A DNA stretch of 64,000 nt, from positions 124,001 to 188,000 of the forward strand of contig MEDY01000011.1 in NCBI GenBank assembly GCA_001724265.1. The letters are read 5' to 3'. Of the stretch, positions 41,731-53,711 are shown in pieces. The notes below the pieces were generated by a model. That model saw only the letters and a list, made by a program, of their open reading frames with translations, ran no database searches and was not told the DNA's origin. The first letter of the stretch is position 1, and every line of letters begins with the position of its first letter. This DNA is from Rhizaria sp. SCN 62-66 (lineage: Eukaryota). Position numbers and translations under genes: made by a program.

Positions 41731-44700
41731 TCATCGGGGCTGCTGGTCCTTGAGGCGCGCAATGCGGGACGCAACCCAGGGGTGCGCCACCACTTCCTCA
41801 ATAAACGCGCGCTTTGCGGGGTCAGCGCGCATCATCTTAGTCATGAGATCGATGGCCGACTCAGACGCGTTGATCGAAGGGAACTGCGCCTTGTACGCCT
41901 TGATGAGGTACCGCGGGCCGTGCTTTGCTAGGCTCGCGTAGTGAACGTTGCTGCTGGACGCAAAGCCCAGGTACGGCGGCACCTTAGTCAGCATTGTGAA
42001 AAGAATCACGCCGAGTGAGTAGACGTCAGCCAGACGGCCGTCAAAGCCGTACTTGCGCCTGTAGTGCGGCGCGCACAGCCCGAGCTTGTACGCTCCACGG
42101 CAGCACTTGGAGCACACATCGCCGCGCTCCACGCACTGCGCGCAGTCGCAAACTTGTGCTGCTGCGCGCTCTTCACGCGTCAGTGCCTCATCGCGCTTTT
42201 TGGCAGCCTGCGTGACGTGGTACTGCGCGATGATCTCGGGCGCCATGTAGTCCTTGGTACCGTAGATCCCCGCCACGGGCTCCACAGACCCGGGCCCACG
42301 GCCATCAACAATGGCGCCAGGTGGCAAGTTCAGCGGGAACCTGTCGCGGTGCAACTCCGCCGCCGTAATGTCGCCGGCGCGGTCGCGGCCGTGTGCTGAG
42401 TAGTCGCTCCACGAGCTCTCCAGCTCTGCGCTGGGAACGCGCGCCTGCAGCACGTGCATGACACCGTAGTCGCTCACGCACGCGCGCGTGCGGTCACGCG
42501 AGAGCAAGATGTTGGCGGGCTTTAAGTCCAGGTGACACACGCGCTTTACGTGGTGCATGTAGTACACCGAAAGCGCAACTTGGGCAAAGAGCATTGCGAC
42601 ATGGTCTTCCGGCAGCATTTGCAGGTTTTTCACATCGCGGTTCTCGTTCAAGAAGTGGTACACGTCGCGGCCGGCCATAAACTCGCTCACAATCCAGTGG
42701 TTCTCGGGGTCTTCAGCGGGGCCGTGGAGCTCCTCGATAATAGTCGGAGTGTAGCAGTAACCAGACAGCGCGCGGTAAAAGTGCGCCTCCTCGGCCGGCG
42801 AGTCGCCAGACTTGGGCTTGTCCACGGCGCCCTTCTCGCTCTTCTTGACAGCAACCTGCTGCTCAAAGCACAGATAACCAACGGCGATCACGCCCTCGCG
42901 CGACAAACGCCACACAGACGCGGCGCGAGGCTCCGCCAGCGCGAGCGTGCGTGGGCAGTCGTCGAGGTCGGGCACGCGCGCAGCCAGTGTGAACGTCGCG
43001 CCGCCGTCGTCAGAGTACTCGAGGACAGCGCCGGCAAGACCAGCAGAGCGCCACAGCGCGTGTGCGCCAATAGTGACATGCGTGACAGGCGCAATCTCAG
43101 ACTCGGCAAAAACGAACTCAGCAATTGCGGGCGCGCGGCGCTGCTGCTGTTGCTGCAGGAGCAACTGCTGCTGGGCGCCCATCTGCTGCATCTGCTGCAA
43201 CTGCGCGCTCTGCTGCGCGCCGCCGCCGCCGCCGCCAGTCATCAGCGCCGCCGACAGCACGGGCGACACGACGAGCCCGCGCGTGAGATCCGACGCGTCC
43301 GCGAGCCACGCCAGGCGGGCGCCGGATGTCGCGTTAACGGTAAGCCGCGTGCAGCGCAGCGCAGCGGGTGCAAGGCGGCGCGTGGCGCGGAACACGGCGC
43401 CGAGGTTGGTGCGGTGCACTTCGTCGTGCAGCGTGTAGGCGCCGCAGCGCGACCACGGCGCGCCCCCCGTTACGGGGTCGATCAGCGAGTGCGTCTCCAG
43501 AGGCGTGGGGCCCTTCGCTGCAGCCACTGCAGTCGCCGTCGCCGTAGTAAGCGAGACCATGGCAGGCGGCGCGGCGCCGGCAGACGGAGACAACATCGGC
43601 TGCTGCGGTGCAAGTGCAAACGCAGCAGCGGGGACTGCGGCGGCCTCGGTTGTGACAGCGGCGGCAGACGAAGAAGACGAGGACGAAGAGGCAACAGAGA
43701 GCATTGTCTGCTCGGTGCTTTCGCCATCATTGTGCATAGAGCGCATCTCGTCGTCTTCGTCGCACGCGCAGTCGTCGCCGACAGTCACCGCAGCCGCAGT
43801 CGTCGCGGTGCCGTCAGCGCTCGAGGCGTATTGTGACTGCGACTGCAAGTGCGTCGGCGACGGACCCGTGGCGGCCGTCACTGCGGCTGCTGAGGCAAGC
43901 GCGGTGGCCACGTTTGCAGTCTGGTGACTGAGCACTGAGCTAGCAACACCGATGTGTTGCGAGCTGCAGTTACTGCCGCTTCCGCTGCGGCCGGTGCTTG
44001 AGGCCACGCTGCCGCAGTAGGCGCCGTAAGCACTGCCCGTAAACGGGGCGTTCTGTCCGTTTTGGATCTGTGCACCTGCAACCGTTGAAGCGTCGTCGAT
44101 CATTGCCACACCTGCCACGGCACCAGCAACAACGGCGGTAGAACTGTGATCGTGGCCGTGGTCCGGCATTGAGTCCGCGCGCGCGTGGCGGCCTGAGCGC
44201 CGGCGCAGGTCGTAGCCGTACAGCGCAGGCGTCTGCGCGCCGGCAGCGCCTCCGCCGTTAGCCGCTGTGGGGACAGCGGGCTGGCGCATGCGCGTCATAA
44301 TGGGCGACGAAGGCTGCGACACGCACTGCTGCACAGCGCCGTTAACGGCAACGCCGTTGTTCTTGCTCGAGGGGGCAGTTGCAGCGGGCGCGAGATTGCG
44401 GCGGCGCAGCTGTGGGCTTGATGTAATGCCACCCGTGGAGCCGCCTTGCGCGTCGAAGTCGTAGGACTCGTATTTGCCGGCGTGGACGCCGCCGTCAAAG
44501 TCGCTCGCGCGCCGCGGGCGCTGCTGCATTTGCAACTGCTGCAGCTGCTGCTGCTGCTGTTGATGAACAAACGCGTTCTGTCGACGCAGCGGCTGGCGAC
44601 GGCGCTGCTGCATGGGCGTCTGGGCCTCGGCTTCAGCTTCATCGCCGTCGACGCCGCAGTCGGTGGTGTTATCGTAGTCAGCGTCCTCGTCGTAGTGGTT

Positions 44701-46796
44701 TACGCCGTCGCTGCGCACGGTCTCTGCAACGCCCGCATTAACACCGTCGTGAACGCCGCCGTCGTCGTCGACGCCGCACTCGCTCTCGCCCTCCTCCTCC
44801 TCCTTGACCGTCGCTGGCGCCGGAGTTGCGGTGAAGAACGTCTGCTGCTGTTGCTGCGGCTGGCCAGTCTGCTGGTGATATTGGAAGTGGCCGTGGGCGC
44901 CGACGTGCGGAGAAACCGGCGGCCTGTAAGTTTGGGTTCCGTTGGCGCCGCTGTTGTTGCCGTTTGCGGCGCTGATAGCAGAGGCCGCATTGATGTTGAC
45001 GCCGAATGAGCCGACGGGCACCGAGGCCATCATCAGCATCTGCTGTTGTTGCATACCCGAGCCGTAGTGACTATAGGGCACAAACGCCGGACCGTCACCC
45101 ATCGCGGTCGCCATGGCGCTCGCAGTGTTGGCGTTTATGTTGGCACCCCCAGCGGTGCCTCCGCTCACGCCGCTAGTGTCACTGGGAAAGAGCTGCTTGC
45201 GGTACACACCGCCCTGGGCTTGGGCTCCGTTGCCGTTGCCGCCGCTGTTGTTGCCGGAACCGGAGCCGGCGCGCAGGATAGACTGCGGCGACACGATGGA
45301 GCTCGCGGGCGACGCGACTGCAACTCCGTGCTGCTGATGGGCGTAATGACCGTGCGCCGCGGTGTTGTTAACGGCAGCGCTGCCGTTGTGGTCAAAGCCG
45401 TAGTGGCCTTGGACAACAGCGCCAGCGCTGTGACCGTGGCTGTGGCCATGCGCGGCGGTGTAGCCCAGCACGGGCGAGGGCGACGAGTAGAACCCGTGGC
45501 CTGACGCCGACACGGCGCCAGAAACACTGCCCGAGGCAGCGCCGGAGACGGACGCGGACGCGGATGCCGAGGCTGACGCAGCAGAGGCGGCAAAATGGCC
45601 AATCCCGGGGGACGGGGAGGCAGAGGTAGAGGCAGAGAAGCTGCCGGGCGCGGGTGCTGTCGTCGCCGGCGAGACGGAAACCGAGACAGAGCCGGGGCCG
45701 GGACTGTGCATAGCCTGGCCGGCTCCGTTCTTGCTGGGTGAGACCGAAGTGAGGTGAGCGGAGCTGGTGTGGAGATTTGCGGTCGCCGAAACCGTGTTAG
45801 CGTTTGCGCCCCAGAAGCTCTGCTTGGCAAAGAGGCAGTACTCGAGACGGCGCTCCAACTCGGACGCGTCGGGGCCAGAAAGCTGAACAAATGCAGAACA
45901 ATATAAACAGAGGTGAGAATTTAAATAGTTTGCTGCAATATGTAGGCATGAAATGAAAATAACTCTAAATTAAGTTATTTTAACTAGACGTGTTTGTAAG
46001 CAACAGAGAAACTTTCGATTAACTTGAAGCGCGACTTCAAGTCGACTTGAAGCGAGGAGGGGGAGAATACTGAATCGAATGAAACGCACCTGTGAGCGGT
46101 CGGGGCTTGTCAGAAGAGACTGGCAGTAGCGAATAGAAGCGTCAAGCCACTCGGCAACCATGGCCCACGACACGGTCGCGGGGGAAGTCTTGCGCAGCAC
46201 AGCGATGTGGCTCCGGATTCTGTCGGACACGTGCAGTCCAGGAAGGGCAAGCGTAAAATTCAAGTAGTTTTTGTGAGTTAAAGCTGAAGTTAAGTCAAAA
46301 TTTAAAGCTAAAAACAGGTATTTCATTCTTAAAAAACGTACTCGAGATAGAGCTCCTGCGCAGTGGGTGTGGTGTGGCTCTGCGCAATATGTGTTTGCGC
46401 GGCGGCCGAGGTCTGAGTCTGGCCCTGAGTCTGCAGCTGCACCGCTGCAGCGCCGTCGTACGCTCCGCGCGGAAACCTGCGGACGCGTTGCATCTCACGC
46501 GGAGAGTCGTCCGTCATGGCTGATGCGTCTTGAAGCGCGTCACTTCCGGCGGTTCCCGCGACGTTGGTCGACGGGTGGTGAGGGGACGGTGAGAGTTGTT
46601 GCTGCTGTTGCTGATGCATCTGCTGAAGGTAGAGATGCGGCGAAGGCACAGATGTCTGCGCGGCGGGCTTACTCTGCGCGGGCGGGGTGCCACTTGTAGA
46701 AGCAGGCTGCGCGGGCATAAAGGTGTCGTGAGAGTGCTGCAGGATGGCGCGGCCAGCGGAGCTGAAGGCCGAGCGGCCGTGGAGGTTCGCAGACAT
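41731..46796 (-). CDS. CAMK-like Ser/Thr protein kinase with long disordered N-terminus, ~1,578 aa; exons 46796-46342, 46219-46090, 45882-41731
   Basis: Introns 46341-46220 (GTACGT..CAG) and 46089-45883 (GTGCGT..CAG) join three ORFs in phase. Kinase motifs: VAVKK, HLDLKPANILL, DYG, GTKDYMAPE, ADVYSLGVILF, DPAKR..HPW. Stop TGA. Confidence 0.85.
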
Positions 46797-47813
46797 GATA
46801 GGGAAGGGTCGAGGCTCTCTCGGAAACACTTAAAGTAACGCGTAATCCAGAAATTAAAACAACCCAAAGCTGCTATAAAACATAAGAATTTCAGAAGTAA
46901 AGAAATAAATGCGACATAAACGAAATAAACGCGGGTAATTGAGATGATTTGAAGCAAGTTGGCGGATCACATCAACGGCTGACTGGATGCAGAAACATCA
47001 CTTATAAAGTCGCATAAACGTCACTTTAAGAAAATAATAAAAAGAAAATCCAATAATTTGTTACACATTATTTTCGAACTTTAACTTATCATCTGATAAC
47101 CACCGTTATAAATACGAAGACAGAGCAGGACAAAGTGATGCTTTGTTGCGTCTTGAGCCGCCCTCCATATCGGTTCGGCAGTCGTGGTGGCTCTACTTTT
47201 TGTTGTGGTCGGTTCCGCCTTGGCACGAGATCGCAAGGAGATCTGCAATGTAGACCGCGCGTCTGTGCGAGAAAACGCCTCGATATAGTAAAGATAAACT
47301 TAAAGAAATCGCGAATGCCGCGTCTAAAGAGAAATTGCTGAAATAAACTACGTAATTTGTGTATGGAGGACGCAGGAATCCCGCGTTTTAAGATAGACCT
47401 TGGCTGGGAGGGGGCAAACGGCCATACACCTGGCCAGGTGTGCGCAGTGTCACGGAGCGAAAGTACCGCATGACACGCGCTTCAAAAGAAAAATAATGAA
47501 AGAGTATATCCAAAACGGATCGGCGCAAAACACCCAAGGCTCCAAGTGCTCGCGACAGTGATGCATGCGACTTGAAGCGTACGGTGTGTAGCCGCGGCCG
47601 CCGCCAAGATCAGTCTCTTCAAGTTGGGGGCGCAATGCGCGGCCTCAAACGGAGGCATCGCGCGGGCGCTAAACGACGCACAAAACGTCAGGAAAAGAAA
47701 AAGGGATAATTTTGAGTCGCAAGCATCAGTTGAGTGCAATAGTCATCAAGGTCGCAATGCGACTCACAGTCCTTGGCGACACCTGCATGAGATGTGTTTT
47801 AAGTCAAGTCGCC

Positions 47814-49613
47814 TTAGTCCTTCTTGCCCTCGCGCGCCTCATCCTTCTCGCGCATGCGCTGCTTGGAGCGCTCGAGCCTGATACCTTCCTTGCCGCGGAT
47901 GTCCTCGAGGTCCAGACCGAGCAGGCGCTCCGTGGCGGCCTCGTTGAGCACGTGGCCGTCGGCGGGGAGGAAGTAAAGCTTCGGGCACAGCGAGTTGACC
48001 AAGCGCTGGAACGGCGTCGTGGCCTGATGGTACGCAAAATTGGCCGCCTCCGCAAGCGGGAGGTCGCCGCTGAAGCGCTCCGTGTCAAAGGAGAAGAACC
48101 CAACCTTCTTCTTGGGCTGCTTGGGCTTCTCCTCGCTGTGGGCCTCCTCGCCAGTCAACTCGGCCTTGCGCGCGTCGAGACTGAGCTCGGCGTCGCGCCG
48201 CTTCTGCTCCGCGGCCTGCATCGCCGCCTTGGCCTCGGCGATGCGCGTGTGCAGCGAGCGCGGCGGGCGCTTGACTTCCTCGCCCTTCTCCTCAGCTTCG
48301 CTGATCAGCTTGTCGACGTGCTCCTTGATGTCCTCGCGCATGTACGGCGCGTAGGGCGGGATCAGCAGGCACTGCGCGCCGGTCATCCAGCGCACAATGC
48401 GCAGACGCAGGTCGGGCACCATGTCCAGAGTGAGCACCGACGCCACGGGGATGCGTGCAGTACGGGGCGGGTTCGAGACCGTGGCGCGGATCGGCGACGA
48501 GAGCGGAAAGCCGCGCGGGAGCAGAGTCAGGACCTACAAATGAATACATAAGACCGCAAACAGAATGAAAGATCATCAATATGAGCGAGATAAATAGATG
48601 CGTGATCGAACAGAAAGTTTAAAGAGAAGGAATTTCAAAACACTGAAAAGAAGAGCCCAACTGAAACGCTCTGTTTAAGTGGGACGTACAAGATCCTTAG
48701 TGCGCGGGCAAAGCTGGACGCGCGAGACGACGTCGGAGGAAAACGCGGGCGCAAACTGCATGACAATGAGGCCCAGCCAAGCAGTGGTGGAGAACCAAAA
48801 CTCAGGCGCGAAGACGTACGACGACAGCGACGACGCCAGGCAGTACGCACCGAAGACGCGGTTCAGCTTGCCGCGCATGACGAGCAACTGCGTGCCGATG
48901 TCGTACCGCACCGCGGGCTCGGCGGCGAAAATGTCCAGCAGCTCCGGCACCGCAGACGCCGCCGCGTCGGGCTCCTCTGCGTTCTCAACGGCACCGCTGA
49001 CAGCTTCGGCGGCGGCCGCGCTCTCGGCCGCAGAGACCGGCACGGCGGGGGAGTCGTGCGCGTGGCCGGGGGCGCCGGCGGCGCCGGCAGCGGCGACGTG
49101 CTGGTGCTGGTAGTGGGCGGCGGCGGCGGCGGCGGCAGCGGCAGCGGCGGCTGCAGCCGCAGCGGCGGGGTCGGTGGCGGGGTGGTCATGCGCGATGGGC
49201 GCAACAGGAGCAGCGGCGGCGGCGCCGTGAGCAACGTTGTGCGCGTTAACGTGGGCCGCAGCAGCAGCATGATCAGCGTGATCCTTGTCCTTGTGATGAT
49301 CGTTGTTGTTGTGCGAGTGCGGGTGCGAGGTCGAGAAGACGCGGAGGGGCGCGGCGGCCTGCAGCGCGCCAGCGAGGGCGGGCTGGGCAGCAAGAGTGGC
49401 GCGGACGGAGGCGTTCAGGTTGCGCTGCTGCTGCAGCTGCTGCAGAGCGTTGGCGCTGATCCGAAAAGTCTTGGCACCAGAGGTACTGGTGCTGAAGAGA
49501 GTGACGGGAACGGATACTTTGGCAGCAGAGCCTGCGGCGCTGGTGGCACCAGAATGCAGCGCACGCGTCAGCTTAGTGGCTGCGGCGGTCGAAGAGACAC
49601 AGCGACGAAGCAT
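47814..49613 (-). CDS. Mitochondrial membrane protein, possibly TMEM70/TMEM186/TMEM223-like, 547 aa; exons 49613-48690 and 48533-47814
   Basis: Presequence-like MLRRCVSSTAAATKLTRALHS. A phase-0 intron 48689-48534 (GTACGT..TAG) joins two ORFs. Two short hydrophobic segments are followed by VSRVQLCPRTKDLVLTL..RIPVASV and LYFLPADGHVLNEAATERLLG. The family call is by eye; the gene model is firmer than the name. Stop TAA. Confidence 0.55.
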
Positions 49614-49864
49614 GGGTCTATGGGGTATCAAGGGGGGAAGAGATTAGACAAGGAGAGAGTGGGAATCGGGCATACAGTCATTCAAGAAGCAGATGCTTCT
49701 ATCAAGCAGTGCTATCAAGAGGGCTAGCGAATGATAAAGAACAGCTACAGGATCAGGCTACACAAGCCATATAAACGAGCTCAGGTGCAATTCTAGCAAA
49801 GTGTTAGCATGCGTTTTGACGACAGGATTTCTGAGATAACGTCTCTTGAAAAACTTGTGGTTGG

Positions 49865-49894
49865 GCCACGTGGCGGTCGTAGTAGCCCGCCAAA
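49865..49894. promoter_or_regulatory. Palindromic G-box GCCACGTGGC (49865-49874) and E2F-like site TTTGGCGG (minus strand, 49887-49894) in the divergent promoter upstream of MCM4
   Basis: Both motifs are read directly from the sequence. MCM genes are established E2F targets in plants and animals. Short motifs may occur by chance. Confidence 0.35.
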
Positions 49895-50219
49895 CGAAAA
49901 CGCTTGGACCGAAAAATCTATCTCGGGCAACCTTCGGCCAACCATCGCAGTCCGGTTTCACATTTGTGTGGGTCGTAAATTCGTCATTTCTTAAAATAAT
50001 CTCACAGACCTGACATCTCACTCAATTTTTTATATGAAAATTGCAAAATCATTTGACTAACCAAGCGAGATTGCCTCCATATCCCTTTGACAGTTTCCTC
50101 TCGTCTCCAGCACCACCGCCCCTTGCTGCTTCGACTTTGCCCCCTTCTTCGCGCCCCCGCGTTCACTTCTCGGGCTTTTTAGCGCTTATTGCCCTGCGCC
50201 TTAACGCTTTTTGTCCGCG

Positions 50220-53204
50220 ATGTCTGACCGCTCGTACAATACGCCCTCGTCGCCGGGCTCCAGCACCGGCCCGCGCACCCCGGCCAACAACGCAAACGCC
50301 GCTGACGCCCCCGCCGCCGGTGCTGCCGGCCGCGCACGCTCGCTCCACTACACCCCGCACTCGTCCCAGACGGATTTCAGCGAGCCCAACTCTTCCTCTG
50401 CGCCGCGCACGCCCTCCGTCGGCTCCTTGGGCCCCCAGAGCGCCGCCCACAGCCATGGCTCGCAGTCGCCCTACACCAGCGCCGGCGCCGGCTCCTCCGC
50501 CGGCGGCAGCGCCGGCCATGAGCGCCCCATCGGCCTGCGCCGCCGCGAGCTCGGCATTGGCGCCTACTACGCGTCTCCACGCTCCTTCCGCAGCACGCCC
50601 AGCGCGGCCAACGCCAGCGCCAGCAGCGCGCGCGGGCCCGTCACCCCCGGCTCCGCCCGCGGCAGGAACAACAACGCCAACAACAACAACAATAGCAGCG
50701 ACGCGTCGTCCTCGGCGCGTGACCGCGGCAGCAGCGGCAGCGACGGCCACGGCGGCGGCGGCGGCGGCAGCAGCGGCGGCCGCGGCGGCGACGACGACAA
50801 CGAGGAGGAGCCTCCGTCCTCGCAGGGCCCCGGCAGCACGGGCGGCGCGGCGTCCTCCGCGGCGCACCAGCAGCGCATGGCGTCGGACGAGAAGACCTGG
50901 GGCGCGCCCTTCGCGCTGGCCGAGTGTTACGCGCGCTGCCACGCCTTCCTCGTTGGTTACATCGACGAGGCCTCGGCCGCGGGCACCGAGTCCTCGCTGG
51001 CGTCCGCCGCCGCCGCCGCCGTGCCGGGCCAGGCGTGCCCGGCGCTGTACGTCAAGGTGCTGGACGAAGGCGAGGACTGGGACCTCAAGTTTGTCAACTT
51101 TGACTCGGCGCACCTGCACCAGTTCGACCCCGTGTTGTACCAGTGGCTCGTCCACTACCCGCACTACGTCGTCGAGATGCTCGATCTCGCTATCAACGAA
51201 ATCCGCGACGCGCGCCACCCCGCGGCCGCCGCGGTCGGGCGCGCGCGCGTCAACATGCGTCCTTACGGGCTGATCACACCGACCGCGATGCGCCAGATTG
51301 ACCCCTCGGCCATCGACACGCTCGTCAGCATCAAGGGCATGGTCGTGCGCACTGGCTCCGTGCTGCCCGAGCTCTCCATCGCGTGCTTCAAGTGCTGCGC
51401 GTGCAACGCCGAGACGCAGAGCAACGTGGAGCACGGCGAAGTCAAGGAGCCCGCGCGCTGCGTCGTGTGCCAGCGCGCACGCTCGATGCAGCTCATGCAC
51501 AACCTCAACACCTTCACCGACAAGCAGCTCATCAAGATCCAGGAGACGCCCGACGAAGTCCCCGACGGCGAAACGCCCCACACCTTCACCGTATTCGCGT
51601 ACGAGGACCTGGTTGACGCCGTCAAGCCCGGCGACCGCATCGAGATCACGGGCGTGTACCGCGCGCAGCCCGTGCGCGTGAACCCCAAGCGCCGCGCTCA
51701 GCGCTCCGTGTTACGTGCCTACCTCGACACGGTCCACTTTAAGAAGCTCGCCGCGCACGGCGCCGCGCCCGGCGTCACGGCCGAGTCGGCCGAGCAGGCC
51801 GCAGCGATGGCGCTCGCGCTGTCCAACAGCAACGGCGACAGCGCGGGCGCGGGCGCGGGCGGCGGCGGCGCGGGCCGCGGCGGCGACGGCGGGCAGACTC
51901 TCCAGGCCGTGCGCGAGCGCCTGGAGGCCGAGGTGCGCGCGCTGGCTACGGACCGCAACGTCTACAATCGGCTCGTCAAGTCGCTCGCGCCGTCCATCTA
52001 CCGCATGGACGATGTCAAGAAGGGTCTGCTGTGCCTGCTCTTCGGCGGCTCCAACGCCGGCGTCGGCGCCGGACAAGGCCGGTTCCGCGGCGAGCTCAAC
52101 GTGCTCATGTGCGGCGACCCCGGCACGTCAAAGTCGCAGCTGCTGCAGTACGTACACAAGCTCGCGCCGCGCGGCATCTACACCTCTGGCAAGGGCTCCT
52201 CCGCGGTCGGTCTGACTGCGTACATCGCGCGCGACCCGGCGTCGCGTGAGCTGGTGCTCGAGTCGGGTGCGCTCGTGCTCTCGGATCGCGGCGTGTGCTG
52301 CATCGACGAGTTCGACAAGATGAACGAGTCGACGCGCTCCACGCTTCACGAAGTCATGGAGCAGCAGACGGTCTCGATCGCCAAGGCGGGCATCGTATGC
52401 ACGCTTAACGCGCGCACGTCGATCCTCGCCTCGGCGAACCCGAAGCAGAGTCGGTACAACCCGCGTCTATCTGTCGTCGAGAACATCGAGCTGGGCCCGA
52501 CGCTGCTGTCGCGCTTTGACCTCATCTACCTCATCCTTGACCAGCCCAACGCGGCCTCGGACCTGCACCTGGCGCGCCACCTCATCGGGATGTACTACGC
52601 GGACCGCGACGCGCCCGCCCGCGCCGCCGATGTGATCCCCACGCAGACGCTCGCGCATTACATCTCGTACGCGCGTCGCCACGTGCACCCGGAGCTGGAC
52701 AACGACGCCGCGACGGCGCTGGTCGACGCCTACGTGGAGCTGCGCGAAAAGGGCAACACGGGGAACCGGCGCATCGTGACGGCGACGCCCCGCCAGCTCG
52801 AGTCGCTGATCCGGCTCTCCGAGGCGCTGGCGCGCATGCGTCTGTCGCCCGTGGTGACGCGCTGGGAGGTCGACGAGGCGAAGCGGCTAATGCAGGTCGC
52901 CACGCAGGCCACGGCGACCGACGCCGCGACGGGCCGCATCGACATGTCTATCCTCACCACCGGCGTGTCTTCCAGCGACCGTGAGACGGCCCAGGCGCGC
53001 ATCGCAGAGGTCATCGAGCACTGCCGCACGCACCTCATGGCCACGCAGGCGCGCAAGATGACCATCGCACGCTTTCGCGCGCTGTGCATGGAGGCCGTGG
53101 GGCTCTCGTCCGCCGTCGCCAACCTGCTCGTGGAGCAGATCACGTTCGAGCGCGTCGCCGTCAAGGAAGGACAGATGCTCAACTTCAGCAACCTCCAGTT
53201 TTAA
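50220..53204 (+). CDS. MCM4: DNA replication licensing factor MCM4, 994 aa, intronless
   Basis: S/T-P-rich N-terminus, zinc finger (FKCCAC..CVVC), QETPDEVPDGETPH, Walker A GDPGTSKSQLL, YTSGKGSSAVGLTAY, LESGALVLSD, IDEFDKM, arginine finger LLSRFDL, TPRQLESLIRLSEA. Stop TAA. Confidence 0.95.
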   Translation: MSDRSYNTPSSPGSSTGPRTPANNANAADAPAAGAAGRARSLHYTPHSSQTDFSEPNSSSAPRTPSVGSLGPQSAAHSHGSQSPYTSAGAGSSAGGSAGHERPIGLRRRELGIGAYYASPRSFRSTPSAANASASSARGPVTPGSARGRNNNANNNNNSSDASSSARDRGSSGSDGHGGGGGGSSGGRGGDDDNEEEPPSSQGPGSTGGAASSAAHQQRMASDEKTWGAPFALAECYARCHAFLVGYIDEASAAGTESSLASAAAAAVPGQACPALYVKVLDEGEDWDLKFVNFDSAHLHQFDPVLYQWLVHYPHYVVEMLDLAINEIRDARHPAAAAVGRARVNMRPYGLITPTAMRQIDPSAIDTLVSIKGMVVRTGSVLPELSIACFKCCACNAETQSNVEHGEVKEPARCVVCQRARSMQLMHNLNTFTDKQLIKIQETPDEVPDGETPHTFTVFAYEDLVDAVKPGDRIEITGVYRAQPVRVNPKRRAQRSVLRAYLDTVHFKKLAAHGAAPGVTAESAEQAAAMALALSNSNGDSAGAGAGGGGAGRGGDGGQTLQAVRERLEAEVRALATDRNVYNRLVKSLAPSIYRMDDVKKGLLCLLFGGSNAGVGAGQGRFRGELNVLMCGDPGTSKSQLLQYVHKLAPRGIYTSGKGSSAVGLTAYIARDPASRELVLESGALVLSDRGVCCIDEFDKMNESTRSTLHEVMEQQTVSIAKAGIVCTLNARTSILASANPKQSRYNPRLSVVENIELGPTLLSRFDLIYLILDQPNAASDLHLARHLIGMYYADRDAPARAADVIPTQTLAHYISYARRHVHPELDNDAATALVDAYVELREKGNTGNRRIVTATPRQLESLIRLSEALARMRLSPVVTRWEVDEAKRLMQVATQATATDAATGRIDMSILTTGVSSSDRETAQARIAEVIEHCRTHLMATQARKMTIARFRALCMEAVGLSSAVANLLVEQITFERVAVKEGQMLNFSNLQF

Positions 53205-53711
53205 GCGAGCGAGGGTTCATTTGTGTTTGTGTGCTTCAAAGTGTTATTGTTTGTGTATTTCGCTCTGCTTGGTTATGTTTGTTTTGCTTGTTAGGTTTGT
53301 TGTCCCATTTCTATTTCGAACGCTTTTCCTCATATGGGTGGCGTCGGATCTTTCTGATACAGATTTATCTATAATTTGAGTATCTATCCCTCACTACTCT
53401 GAAAATTTACGTTGATATATTGAAACTTCAAGTCACGTGATATGAAAACGTTCGTGAGTCGTGCTGCCACGTTTGCAGACTACTCGATCAGGCACCGTCT
53501 TGGTCTTGGAGAGAGAGAGCAAGGAAACGACTGAGAAAGAAACCCCTCAGATATCTACGAGATGACCGTAGAGCTGAGTGTGGGTTAGTGTATGATGAAA
53601 TTTATATGAATTTAATACTTTCCTAAAATAGTTGCTCTGAAAAACGTTTTCTTACTGCTTTACTGTCATCCCCTCACATTCCCGCCTGCCCTACTTTACA
53701 GACCGCGACTG

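Noticed and set aside
50041-51581. 410-aa and 472-aa ORFs overlapping the MCM4 5' half
   Set aside because: Alternative-frame and antisense shadows of a clearly conserved gene.
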